Origin: Chara braunii
Lineage: Eukaryota; Plantae; Charophyceae
Assembly: GCA_003427395.1 (NCBI GenBank)
Contig: BFEA01000043.1
Span: 4,336,814-4,400,813 of the forward strand
DNA length: 64,000 bases
Direction of reading: 5' to 3'
Position numbers and translations under genes: made by a program
Notes under the pieces: model-generated
Told to the model about the DNA's origin: nothing
Database searches by the model: none
Seen by the model: the letters and a program-made list of their open reading frames with translations, nothing else
Shown: positions 1 to 13,344 of the stretch, piece after piece
Layout: each line of letters opens with the position of its first letter
How positions within the stretch are numbered: the stretch's first letter is position 1

Positions 1-2888
1 AGGGTGTAAAGGAGGAGAGAAAGATAGGAGGAGAGAAGGGGAATTGATAGAGAAATGTGAAGGGGGAAATGAAGTGGAAAGACGTGATGGAGAGACTATC
101 CAACCCCCTCCTATGCCCACTCACCTCAATAATGATGATAATGATGAGGCTGACGATGATGATCCAACCTCCCACACTTTGATGAATGTAGCCCTACGAA
201 TGGTGAGGCCGTTTTCTTCGTACAAACGACAGCGCACCACTGGGGCTGTCCCTTGGTTGCTAGGGACCTAGGGTAGAAATAGCGTGATTAGAATGTGGAT
301 AAGGGTTGCGGAGATACTTCGTTGACGTCATTCACACTAGATGGAAGGGTTTTGTACCTTACCATGAAGAGAAGGTTCATGTTAGAATAGCCTTTATGTG
401 GACTGGGGGATTCCAAGCAGGTTTGGCGGCAGTACATGGGGTGGGTCACACTATGTGCACTTGGTTGTACCACGTGGCCCCAATGATACTATGTAATATG
501 CAGGATGTTGGTTGGCCGGTACCATGCGGGGCAGGTCATACCGTGTGGCACTGTGGGCTGGGCAGTACAGCCTGGGGCAATTTGGCCCGTGCATGCTGGC
601 CGTGTGCTTCAGATGATCGGAGGAGAAAAAAAAAGAAAACTAACGGGCCAAGGACATACTCACACCCATGGAAATACAGACTCAAGCTCGAACCCAAATG
701 CATCTGAATGTGCAGAATGAAGCCATACTCACACTTGGGACTTTTTGTTTGTTTCTGGACGAAATTAGGGTCAGACACATCATGGTCACTTCTTGAATAG
801 GGTCATATATGTACGACAGTGCTAGTGCTGCAGACGGTCTGTTCAAATGGAGAGATTCACAGACTTGTCGGGCGATTGAATTGGCAAGTCTCTGGAATGC
901 GCTACTGATGTCTGCAGCAATCTGGCATGATCCTCTTCAGAGATCACGACACAAACGGCAACCCTGCAGCTGCACCAGTAGCTCTGCAAAGCCATCAGCC
1001 AGAAAGCACTGCATGCACTCAGAAAACAACCTGCATCCCTCTTGGCTGGGCCTTGATACAACCCAATTGCAGCTCGGGGACCAGTTGCATGGTAGGTTGT
1101 GGGATCATAAAACTCACTGGCCCTAAGTAATTTAGATTAATTTTATTTCATTCATCCACGTCCCTCAGTATTTGAGCTCAGGAGTGTACTTCAACAGTTC
1201 ATGGGTGTAGCAACTGAGCTAGGCCCACTGGTGCGCTCGCGTATGGTCTGAAGGGGCGAGGCAGTTCTTTGGGGCTGTGAAAAGAAGCTGCTACGTATAG
1301 CTGGGCCGAGAACAAACTTGCACGGTACCTGCTGCTTGTATCAATGAGATTATGTTTGGGCCTTGCCGTAGATATTTGATATGTTGTTACCTTTACTCTA
1401 CTCGTCTACCTTTTGTTAAGATTATCCTTTGTGTACCAGCTGGACTACTGTATGGGCACTTGAGAGATTGTGCTATTATTATTTTGTGTGTGTGTGTGTG
1501 TGCGTGTGTGCATGCATCTGTAAGATATTTTATTGTCTAACAATGTGGTCTCTTTCCCTCCTTTGTGGTTATTTCAAAGTGCAGCGGCAATCAAGGAGCA
1601 CTGTGGGTGAGAGACAAAGAGCTGGTGGCTGTTTCTGCAAAATCAGGAAGTGCTTAGCCGCCATATTAGCTTAGATTTGCTCATCAATGTCTACACCTGG
1701 CATCTCTCGATGCAAGCACTGTGGAAGTACAGCGGCAGCAGCTCAGCTGCCGCCTACAACGGCCGTTAACGTGAGTCTTCCAGAACCATATTTAAATTGC
1801 TCTCCTCGGAGTCTTCTTCCTGAAGATCTATTGTCAACGCGTCTTTTTTGATTTCCCTTTTCCCTTACAAATGCATCTTTCTTTATTTTACCTGGATGTC
1901 TTTCTGTAATGTTTCCCGGTGCAAAAATGTATCTCCTGACATCGCTTGGAGGTAAGAAGTCGTGTTGATATTGTTTGTAGGTTGAGGTCAATGGCTGTGC
2001 ACAAGCTTGCACTAGAAGTCGTGCACTGCTGCCGACTATCACGGGCATCACCCCGATTGCCTAGCGCCCAGGAGGTCATTGCCTCCTGAAAAAATAAAAA
2101 TCGGGACATTTAGGACCCCTCTTCTTGAAAAAAACTGGCAGTTTCCCCAAACTCCTAAAAAATCAGAGGCTGGACCTGACGACAGATGCCGTTGGTAAAT
2201 CTCATCGACGTCCATCATTTCATTTCGGCCTTCTAAGAGGTTGGAGGCCTACCTGAGGCTCGCTATTTTGCCACACGGTTAAGGCTCTAGTGGTTTAAAA
2301 TGCCACATGGAACTCCAACATTTTTGCTCCTTGGACAATTTGTTAATTTTTGGATTCAGGTGTGTGCAGAACCTTGATTTGCTGCAGCGACCCGAAGGTT
2401 TTTCCATGGTAGATTGCACTTGATTCCTCCGCACAGCTGGAGGTTCAAAGGTTTCCTCACACGTTTGCCGTGTTCTTGGCACAAACTGTGACTATCTCAT
2501 TGTCTTCCTCCTCTGCCCCTTCCCCTCTTACTCTCTTATTGTCTTCATCATCTCCCCCTGTCTCGTTCCATTGCTCTCTTCCTCTGTCTCACTCCACCTC
2601 TCTCCCTCTCTCTCCCTCCCCATCTCTCCCCACTGCTTCTCTCTCTTTCTTCTCCTTCCCCCTGATCTCTGCCATTTGGGTGTGGCTTCTCTTTCCAACC
2701 AATTGTTCAGCCTGGTACTGTATGCTTATATCTTCTCTTCCACTTACCTGTGTCTGTCGCTGAAATGCACTTCGTTTCACACTGTTCGATTCGGTATGTA
2801 AACATGCAGTTGAATGATTGTTTGCTTTGCAGCTGAGGCATTTTGTGTGGGCTATGTTTGTTGTCCTGGCAATGTGCATGATCACTAG

Positions 2889-3060
2889 TCAACGGCGTCA
2901 TCGAATCGTGTGTACCCAATGGGTGTCTGCTTTCGCCCCTCGGCGAAAGAGTTGGTGTCGTATTTACGCATGAAGGTCAATGGTGAATTCACCGGTGATT
3001 TGATAAAGGAGTTTCCAGAAACGGACGATTTTTACAACTATGAGCCCTGGAAGCTTCCAG
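2889..3060 (+). CDS. NAC transcription factor, exon encoding NAC subdomains A-B (true start uncertain)
   Basis: YPMGVCFRPSAKELVSYL...DFYNYEPWKLP aligns with NAC consensus LPPGFRFHPTDEELV...DLYKxEPWDLP. Ends CCAG|GTATGT (donor 3061, phase 1). In-frame TAG at 2886-2888 also reads as an acceptor (ctag), so the start is either an upstream exon or ATG 2919. Confidence 0.9.
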
Positions 3061-3124
3061 GTATGTTCTCTTTTCGTTTCCTCTGCTTTTACCTTTTGCT
3101 TCCAATAACTATCAACTGAGATTC

Positions 3125-3171
<47 letters not shown>

Positions 3172-3253
3172 NNNNNNNNNNNNNNNNNNNNNNNNNNNNN
3201 NNNNNNNNNNNCCCCCCCCCGGTTCCTTTTGCCCTTTCTACGCTACTCTCCAG

Positions 3254-3331
3254 ATATGCAAATGACTACAAGATGGTGGGTGTATCTCTCTGCCTTCTCA
3301 GAGGTGGTAGACTCAAAATTTTACGCATTGG
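3254..3331 (+). CDS. Candidate frame-preserving cassette exon of the NAC gene (78 nt, or 30 nt from acceptor 3301)
   Basis: Pyrimidine-rich acceptors ctctccag (ends 3253) and ccttctcag (ends 3301); consensus donor G|GTGAGT at 3332; both lengths divisible by 3 and stop-free in phase 1. Confidence 0.4.
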
Positions 3332-4636
3332 GTGAGTAGTGCAATGAGGACGTTTGTCTCACAGTTAGGTATTAGCAGCTTGGTTTTGGGTGAGGAATCA
3401 AAGGTCTCGCATTGTCTTGAAATCGTTGATTTGACACTTAATGAATTGGCTGCATCTGTGATTCATTCACGTGATAAAGAATGAAGTAATGATTTGCATC
3501 CACTAGGAGAGAAAAGTGCTGAGTGATGTTTAACCTCAACTGCTGTTTTCTGTCTTTTTTTTTGCCATGAGCATGGGCATATCCACGCTCGTTTTGTTTA
3601 GTCTGGACAATCGACGATACCAGGTCAGGACTTGGCCGCGGGCAGGTTCTGCACGAGTGCCACTGCCGAACTGGTGGGTTAATGGTGCGAGGACGAGTAA
3701 ATGAACTCACTTTAGCAGTTTGTATTCACTGATCACCTGCCTTCACAAAGTGGTTTAGATGTACGGAGAAAGTGTTGGGCATGACAGTACTAATACTCCC
3801 AAACCGTTTTATTTCATGGCATGGTTGATTTCCTTCTCGGCGTTGAACCTGCCTGTTACAGTTTCTGCAGACATATTCGATCTTCCCTGTGCCTGAAATC
3901 GCGCAACTAACTGTTAAGCTTCACTCCAGGAATTGCCTCTCATAATGGGCAACTACTCGGGGTGCTATCTGGAGCATTCTTGTACAGTCAATCCATTTGT
4001 CTACTTGGTCTTCAAACTAATACCTGAATTTCACACCCCCAAGTCAAGACCCTGCAGAACCAGTGCTGTAAACTCGGTCCCACCGGGGGGCCCACGCCCA
4101 ACCGGAACTGGGCTGGTTCGCCCCCGGTCGCCCATAACGCACCGCTGGTTAGGGCCTGGTTTGTTTTTTTTCGCACGCAGGTTGTGAGGGCCTCCTGGCC
4201 CGAAAATAATTTCAACCGGTCTGGTAGGCGCACCCAAGAGGCTTGAAAAGGGACCTATCTGGACCACTGATCTCGAAAGATCGGCGGCCCTGATGCGGCC
4301 ACCTTTTTCAAATCTTGGAGGCGGTACCTCCCGTTCCTTCCCGCCGCCCCCGAACTTACCTCCCGTTCCCCCCGGCAATGCCCCCGCCGCCTATGCCATT
4401 GTCCACCCGTCACCCGTCGCCCGTCGTCAAGGCTGTCGTCGTTGTTGCCTCCATCATCATTGGCCATCGCCCGCCATAAAGGCTGTCACCGGCGCTTCTA
4501 CTGCCCCACCGCCAGCGCGCCACAGGTACTTCTTTTTCTTCTCTTTCTTCTTCTTCCTGACCTTGTTGGTAAGGAGACATGCGCTATGTGGTGGGTGCAC
4601 TGGTTAGTTCATGGGTGCGCGACATTTGTCAATGCG

Positions 4637-4638
<2 letters not shown>

Positions 4639-4728
<90 letters not shown>

Positions 4729-4819
4729 NNNNNNNNNNNNNNNNNNNNNNNNNNNNNNNNNNNNNNNNNNNNNNNNNNNNNNNNNNNNNNNNNNNNNNNN
4801 NNNNNNNNNNNNNNNNNNN

Positions 4820-4887
<68 letters not shown>

Positions 4888-4890
4888 GAG
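4639..4890. repeat. (GA)n microsatellite with gap; similar tracts near 3127, 15680, 20412, 21177, 22274, 36334, 38831
   Basis: Seen directly. Confidence 0.95.
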
Positions 4891-6884
4891 AAGCGAGAGC
4901 GATAAACAGAAAACCAAGTTGTACAATCACACAGAAGTCCAGATAGTTATGTACACAGCAGAGAGATCAGATGCACCAAGATTCCATCCAAATAAGAGCA
5001 ATACAATCAACTCATGAGCCAATGTTCAAGCCCTCAGGCCACACCAACGCAGTATCCAATGTCACTCGTGCAACATTCTTACGTCGATGTCGAAGACCAA
5101 TGTACATGACATCAACACCACTGCCGACCTCCCACATACACCCGGTACGTTCTCTCCTCTCCCCTCATCTCCGCTTGGACCCGACACCTCATGTGCCTCC
5201 TACCCGAAGACCACCATCACCATCACCTGCTTATGTGCCCCTGCAGCCCGGCTATGGCTGCTGTGCTCCCCGCTGCCCTCTCAGCGCCCCTCACCTGAGC
5301 GCCCGTGCGCGCACCCGGTCAGCCAGCTAACATACATGCCAGCGCTGAAGTGCAGCAGCGTATCCGCGTTGCCTGCTAAGACCTGACTGCCTTTCCTCAC
5401 AGAGAGTAGGTGCGTGGTGCTTTGTTGGGCTTGTTGTCATACTTTTTCTAATCAGACCACTCTCGGCGATTGAAAAGACAACAGGCTGTCATGCAGGATT
5501 TTGATGAATTTATGCAATAAATAAATAATTAATGCAAATCCCTTCCTACTGCGTGCGTCGGGCTTCGAACGAGACCCTTCAATTGCGGTCTACGCCGGTC
5601 CCCGGTCTTAGGAATCTTTGATTGTGATTCGGAACAATTGCAGTTATGTAATTGATAAATTAAAATAAAATGCATAGCACATCATGATTGTCAATTTAGG
5701 AATTTGAGATCTGCGGCATGACCAGCAAAGAGCATATCGTCAAACAATGCCAATGAAACAAGATCAAGACCGACTCGACTCAAGGCAAGGACAAGGTGAA
5801 CGAGGGAAGGTGAGAACTCGTACTGATCTCAGAAAGTACAGATGAAAAGACATGGCCAACACTCGTCAAGAGTACTCAGTCTCCCTTTCAGGTCTCATCC
5901 TCAATCTCTCATTTGAACGTGTGTCTCTTGTGCCTTGAGCCACATCTATGCACCTCCTGAGATTGTGGTCTGGCAATATTGAGCCGCCTAGGTCCATCCG
6001 AGGCCGAAGATTCTGAAGTCAAGCATAGCACAGAACTCCTCCCACAGAGTAGGAAGATATGGTATGAAGAAGATCCCTCGTCTGAGATGTCGAAACTCTG
6101 ATGGTTCGGTCACTGCCTCATAGTCAATCTCTGCAGGTGAGACGTACCTTCTGGCCAGGTTAATGAGATCACCCCATTAAGAACCGTTGATGAGGTAAAA
6201 AGGGACCGGAGGCCTAGGGTAGTCAGAGTATAGCTTAGGACCAAAGCTATGAATCAGCTTTGTACCCCCTTGAAGCACCTGTGCNNNNNNNNNNNNNNNN
6301 NNNNNNNNNNNNNNNNNNNNNNNNNNNNNNNNNNNNNNNNNNNNNNNNNNNNNNNNNNNNNNNNNNNNNNNNNNNNNNNNNNNNNNNNNNNNNNNNNNNN
6401 NNNNNNNNNNNNNNNNNNNNNNNNNNNNNNNNNNNNNNNNNNNNNNNNNNNNNNNNNNNNNNNNNNNNNNNNNNNNNNNNNNNNNNNNNNNNNNNNNNNN
6501 NNNNNNNNNNNNNNNNNNNNNNNNNNNNNNNNNNNNNNNNNNNNNNNNNNNNNNNNNNNNNNNNNNNNNNNNNNNNNNNNNNNNNNNNNNNNNNNNNNNC
6601 TCCTCAACATACCGGGCTGCCATAACCCAAACAGTGCACATGAGTCTCCTTCCTCTTTTTCACATAGATCCTCTGGTCTTGTATAGTTCCCTCTGCAAAC
6701 TCAGTGATGACCATGAAGACTGACAGATCTCTTTGTTTAGTCAACTAACTGCGATTTCGGAGAAACGCTGATTGAAGAGTCCAACGAGTCCTCTGACGAA
6801 ACACTGATTGATTGGTACTGGTCTGGGAAACAGATTGATGAAAATTGTGTGACGGGATACAGATCACCGATCGCTAGTGCTGGG

Positions 6885-9800
6885 TGTGGAATAAATTACT
6901 CTGGAAACTGCCAAGAAGAACCGGACTGAGCTCCTGCGAGGATATCCTGAGACCCCTTGAGCTCTGTCAATGGTTATCCGTCTGAACCGATGTCGATGGA
7001 GGAGTTGAACACAAGAAACTGATTGACGCCTGTTGTTGATGACGCTGCCGAGTGTATAGATGTTTATTGATACTTGCGGTAAGATAAGTTGAAAGTGTGT
7101 GACCAAAGAACTTGTCCAAGAAATTCAGAGAGGATTTGCTTTAATCTGAGATTACTGAGCATGGGTCATTGCTCTTGTCTTTTGAACAGTCTCAAGGGAT
7201 GAGACTGCGCTGTGCAGCTTCCCATCCAATCCATAGATGTAGATAGAACATATGCTCTATGAATTCGTGCTGCTTCTTTACTCACTGGACTGCAACTTCT
7301 CTCATCACCTTCTTGTACCCCTCCATTTCCTCCATAAATTTACTCTCCCAACCCTGCATTTTGTCTCGGTAGAGCGAGCTGTGCATCACGGAAATGTTTC
7401 TATGTCATGTTCACCACCTCTCCTGTTCGCTGTTTTCTTTCCCAAAATAGTCGATTGAGAAGTGAAAGATGAATATTGCCAGGTCTGATGTGTTGAGGGA
7501 AAGACGTCCGACTAGTGGCCAATTGGTTGTGATCAGTTTCGTTGAAAAACTTCCCTTTCTTTCAAGAGCTCACTGTGAGAAAATCATTGCAAACGTAACG
7601 AGCGAATATTAGCTAAAGAATTCACTGTGGTAATTCAATCCTGTCGTTCTCCGCAGGTTGCTCACTGTCGAGGGCAAAAACTGGTGGTCAGTAAAACGGG
7701 CCAATGACAGGCAACTAGTGTGCGAAGTTACATCCCAGATCACTCCTAAAAAAGAAAACCTTATTGCATCGCTAAGTCAGTACAGTCTTATGCGCAAAAG
7801 CGAATCACTGTACTGATCTTTCGAAAACTAGGAAGACTAGTCAAAGTATTGGTTGTAGTGAAGACGAAAATAACTAATGCTGAGAGGACTGAAAGATCAA
7901 AGCTGTTCAGTCATCCGGCTGGTACGAGCCAAAGTTTGTAAAGTTCAGTGGGTCCTCAACCCACATCACACTAACTTACCTTCCGGAAAACTCGGTCTGC
8001 CACGGCTCAACCTAGAACCAAAAACTCTTAAATCCTACATAGAACGGTGAAGTGCTCAGTTACTCGGGAAGCATTTGCATACCAAGGCAAACCACTGCTT
8101 ATGTTCCAGGCAGGGTGCGACAAAATTGCAATTCACTTGACATAGTCTGTTCACGGTTTAGGGACTTCTCCTTATTAACCACTTGATGTAAGCCTTTTCG
8201 CAACAGATCATACGTCATGAGTTTTAACTGGTGCAAGGAAAATAAGTAATAGCGAGATGACAATTCCAGATCACACCATCACATTGCAAGCCAAATAGTC
8301 ACACCGTGTCCAGAGAGCAGCATTGCACCAATAATACACCAATGGAGGTTCGTAGCACTGAAAACCAATGTCCATGGAGAGCATACTCTCTCCTCTCAAC
8401 ACAAGAGTCCAGTTCCTTCACACTCACACTTGGCGCTCGGTGCCCAGCCTACTCCTACACAGCTACTACAGACTACAAAAAGACAATGCAACTGTTGACA
8501 TCAGCAGCAGCCCGAAGTACTTGAAGATGTCGCCCATGCAGACCATCGCCAATACAAGGTATGTGCCCTCACATCATCATCATCATCATCATCATCCTTC
8601 ACCTATCCCCTGACTACACCCAAACCTGTCCTCTCTTTCACCCGAAGACCGCCCCTGCGCCTCACTGTAGTCCAAGCCCACCAGCTATGGTGGCTGGGCT
8701 ATGGCGCTGCCCTCAGCAGCGCCCTCCTCCTCTGCACGACCGCACGTGCAGCGCCTCCCTCTCAGCGCTAGCAGCAGCCTACGAGCATGAACTCCAGCAG
8801 CACTGCCGCCAGCATGCGAGTGCCTGAATGAGGCAGCCAGGGCCGAGCTCTATCCTTTATGGAAAGAGTTGGCCTGCTCACGCAGCTTGGCTGCCCCGGC
8901 CTGGGCCCAGAAGCTTCCGGAAGGCCCCAGGAGGCTGCCTGGATGCAGCAGCTACTGGGCTGCTGGGCCTCGTTCGGTTGGGTGCCCAACTGTCTCTGTA
9001 TGAGGCTGCGAATCATGCCCAGGGCCTGCATTCTTTGGAAAGGCCCGGTAGGCCGTGGAAATGTCTTTGTTCCTCGGCCTGTGTTTCTTTCAACCAACTG
9101 GCGTGTCGCAACTGCCTGGATCCCAAATATGAAATTGACAGTCGAGGGCCTCTGGCAAAAAGCCAGGCCCGCCTTCACTTAGGGCGGGCACCTCCGCCTT
9201 CACTTAGGGCGGGTAAGGCTGCAAACAGGGCCCCATAGGCCTACTGAGGACCCTGATCCTTGCATTCCCTCCTCCTTTACTTCGCGAGTCCTCTGAGAAG
9301 TCTCTTATTCTACAGGCATCTTCCCCTTGAGTACTCTTTCATAGCCTGCGATTACTTGAGGTGCTGGTTCTTCTTTAGGATCCAGATGATGTCTGAAGCT
9401 CACACGATACTGCATTCTCGGTTTAGGAGGTCGCCCTCTGCCTGATGGTCGAGGAACAGGCATCACTCGATGCTCGACGATCTGGTCAATGTCCACTTCG
9501 CCATCCCTGGTCGGGGGCAGCATTGATCTTCTGGAAGGGAACTGCTCAGTAGNAGCATAGGGTGCTAACTTAGAGGCATGGAACACAGGGTAGGTACGCA
9601 AGTGAGGTGGGATGCGGATTACATATGAAGGACNGTCTGGTTGATCTCNTACAATCTCTAAGATCTNCNAGGGCCCAAAGAACTGTGGCATTAGCTTGCG
9701 GGATATGCCTAACTCCTGACCAAGNTCAGCAGCCTTAATCNAGACTCTNTCGCCTACCTGAAAGTTAGAGGGCCGTCTATGTTTATTCTCAGATGCAATC

Positions 9801-12800
9801 ATTGCCTCTTGAGACTTCCTAATGTGTTCAACGGCCTGCTGCAGCATCTGTTCGTACTTGACAGCAAACTCTATGCTGCCGTGTGCTGCAGTGGGTTCTC
9901 TTTCTGGTAACAGAAAGCGGTTCGGGGCTTCCAACCAAGATGCAGTTGGTTGGGAGTCATGCCGGTAGTACTATGCACAACATTTTTGTACAGGCTGGCA
10001 ACGAGAGGTAGTTTCGCGTCCCAGTCATCCTGACTTGGCTTGATATAGTGCCTAAGCAATTGCTGTACTACTCGGTTCATTTGTTTTGCTTGCCCATTTG
10101 ACTCAGGATGATTTCCTGAAGTCATTTGGAGTTTTGTGCCCATTTGTTCAGCAGTAGACTGCCACAGTTCGCTTGTGAATCTGACATTCCTATCACTAAC
10201 AATAGACGTAGGTAGACCGAAGTCTCTTACCCAGTTATCCATGAAAAGTTTGATGACAAAGTCAGTTTTAGCAGTTTCAGGCATGGCGATCAGTCTGGTG
10301 TATTTGGTGAAACGGTCCACTATGACAAAGATGTGTCTTTTTCCTGTCCTGCTGGTGACAAGGGTATCCATGAAATCCATGGACACACTCTGGCCTGGTC
10401 CTTCAGGGATCGGCAAGGGTTTGATTAACCCAAGCGGAGCCTGAGTCCTTGGTTTGCCCCTTTGACAAATCTGGCAGGTTTCAACATAACGTTTTGCATC
10501 TTCTAACATAGAAGGCCACCAAAATCTTTGCACTAAGTTCGCTGATGTCTTTCTATAGCCAAAATGACCAGTTGCATCATGACATTCTCCTAAAAATAAA
10601 CTACGCAAAGACTCACTATTAGCAACACAGTCTTTTATTCCATTCCTTCTCAAGGAACAGCAAGCCATCTACCATCGTAAATTCATCCAAAGTCTTCTTG
10701 TCCTTTGCTTAGAATCTACGAATGATTTCTGACATGACTGGGTCTCCCTGATAGGCTTCCACCATCGATCGAGTGAGTTCGTCAGATATGCCAAACTCGG
10801 TAACTATCGCGCCCAAATAATCTGCCCTTCTTGATAGCGCATCAGCCACCTTGTTGTATGTACCCTTGATAGGATCAAGTTGATAGTCATACATGTCTAT
10901 CACTTGAATCCATCTCTTGAGTGCGTTTGACAACACAGGCTGTGTCGTAATCTAGCGCAAAGTCTCATTTTCAGACCTCACATAGAAGAATCTTCCTAGG
11001 AGGTAGTGTCTCCAGTGGACTAGTGCTCTATATAGGGCGTAGAGCTCTCTCTCATACGTGGACTTGGCTAACTTTTGAGATGGCATCTTCTTGCTCATAT
11101 ACTCGATCGGTCTCAACTTGGGCCCTTCCTGTTGCGCAAGGACCGCGCCTATGCCATATTGGCTGGTGTCTGTGGTCACAACAAATGGCTTGTCAGGATC
11201 AGGAAGTTTGAGTGTGTTAGAGCATACTTCAATTTCTTGAAGCTTGCCTCACACTCTTCAGTCCACTCCCAAGGGGTGTCAAGCCGAGTTAGATCTGTTA
11301 ATGGGGAAGCTTTAGTACTATAGTTCTTAACAAACGGAAGATAATAGCCCGTCATCCCCAAAAACGATCTGACCTCAGTAACAGTTTGCCTCAGTAACAG
11401 TTTGAGGTCTAGGCCAGTCACGTATGCTGGCAACCTTCGCATCTTTCGGCCTCAATCCATCTGCTGAAATTTCATGACCCAAGTACAAGATCTTGGTGCG
11501 ACCAAACTCGCATTTATCCAAGTTTACCTTGTACTGGTGCTGTCTTAGGAGACCTAGCACTGTTTTCAAGTGCTCAGCGTGCTCCTCTACAGTCCTACTA
11601 AAGATGAGAATATCGTCGAGGTACACGACGATAAACTTGTCGAAGTAGTCATGAAAAATCCTGTTTTTCGCGTGCTGGAATGTACCAGGCGCATTGCATA
11701 GGCCAAAAGGCATCACCACAAACTCGTACAGACCGTACCTGGTCTGAAATGCGGTTTTGTGTTGGTCTTCAGGTCTAATGGCAATTTGATGGTATCCGGA
11801 CTTAAAATCTATTTTTGTGAAGTTTCGGCATCCTTGCACTCTATCCAAGAGGTCGTCAATGCGGGGTAGGGGCTCCACGTTCTTAACGATGATGACATTG
11901 AGGCCCCTATAGTCAATGCACATCCTTAATGGACCTCCCTTCTTTGGGACAAATAAGACTGGCGCACCGTAAGGGGAGGTACTAGGCCGTATCCATCCCT
12001 TCTTTGTGAGCTCCTTGAGCTGGCGGCGAAGCTCATCTAACTCCGCAGGAGACATCCTATAGATTCGTCCTCTAGGCACCTTGCAACCTGGGACAACCTC
12101 TATCACATGGACAACCTCCCTTTCTACCACGCCTGTGGGCTCCTCAAAAAGGTCTGAATATTGAGCGACAACTTTTTCTATCTTTGGGGGTGATTTAACG
12201 GCCTCCCCTTTCTCAGAGATAAAAACTAGATACATGCCTTCCTCGCGATTTTGCTCATAATAATTATAGAAGGATGATGCACACATGCACCCGTAGTTTT
12301 CTATTAGACTGCTAGCTTTGAACTTTTGCAATCTAACAGATCTACCGTTGGGCAATTTGTGAATCAATACCTTTCTATCCCAGTCGAACTGCGGTTGCGC
12401 GACCTCGAGGTAGTACATACCTAGGAGCATGTCAAATGGCAGTTCGTCGCTAACCAGGAAGGAGATTTTATGACTCACTTCCCCTCCTCCATAGGAGAAG
12501 GTGCAGACTATGTCCTAGACATAGTCTTTCACCAACATTTGGTGCTTGTTGGCCAGCGTAGAAGCTTCAGTTCTGCTAAGCCGCTGCGCTTGGTCCCCTA
12601 AGCGCAGTCTATCCACACAAGCACGACTGATGAAATTTCGTGTAGAGCCTATGTCTGCGAAGGCGCCAACCTTGCGGCCACCTACATCTACTTCTACCAC
12701 GAAATGTGCACCCTTTGGACCTCTACTTATCATCGCCCAAGAGTCCCTGGGGTCCTTCCCTGACCACTCAGTCTCTAACTCTTCTAGGGCCTCGGACACA

Positions 12801-13339
12801 TCTCTCGAACAAAGCGTCGGTGGGTCTGAATGTGTCTGCGGGGCGATGTGTGGGTCTCTAGCCTTGGCCAACGCCTGAAGTGGGGAAAGCAACGTTACCA
12901 CTTCAGCGCGAGTAAGAGCGGCTAACACTCCTACTGGCCCGAGGTGTTTCCCTGTGAGCTGCTCGCAGAAGCACTCCCAGGATTTGAAGATAAGCCCACC
13001 ACTGTTGGCGAGGCTACCTTCGTTGTGACCGAGCTTCTAGGGGCACTTGCATGAACTGCGCCCAACTGTCTCTGTATGAGGCTGTGAATCACGCCCAGGG
13101 CCTGCATTCTTTGGAAAGGCCCGGAAGGGGTGGAAATCTCTTTGTTGCTAGGCCTGTGTTTATTTCAACCAACTGGCGCGTCGCAACTGCCTGGACCCCA
13201 AATATGAAATTGACAGTCGAGGGCCTCTTGCAAAAAGCCAGTCCCGCCTTCACTTAGGGCGGGCACCTCCGCCTTCACTTAGGGCGGGTAAGGCTGCAAA
13301 CAGGGCCCCATAGGCCTATCGAGGACCCTGATCCTCGCA
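6885..13339 (-). mobile_element. Chromoviral Ty3/gypsy LTR retrotransposon, decayed, with 5' LTR/gag deletion
   Basis: PR-RT-RH-IN-chromodomain order. PPT (minus AAAGGAGGAGGGAA, 9265-9278) followed by TG starting the 3' LTR at 9264. ~280 bp direct repeat 8983-9264 / 13058-13339. Candidate TSD CTGGG at 6880-6884 and 13340-13344; the left end rests on this 5-mer only. Confidence 0.8.
9305..12928 (-). pseudogene. pol: Ty3/gypsy pol (aspartic protease, RT, RNase H, integrase, chromodomain), frameshifted
   Basis: FADIGSTRNF (PR); LRMCIDYRGLN, MPFGLCNAP, YLDDILI (RT); TDTSQYGIGAVL, YEREL (RH); HH-CC zinc finger, SMDF, SD, HPESNGQ (IN); YPVFHASKL; IDQIVEHR..QYRVSF (chromodomain). Split over several ORFs. 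Confidence 0.95.
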
Positions 13340-13344
13340 CTGGG

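Noticed and set aside
5550-5610. tRNA-like T-loop (GTTCGAAGCCC, minus); similar B-box motifs near 43722 and 45490
   Set aside because: No complete cloverleaf; at most SINE relics.
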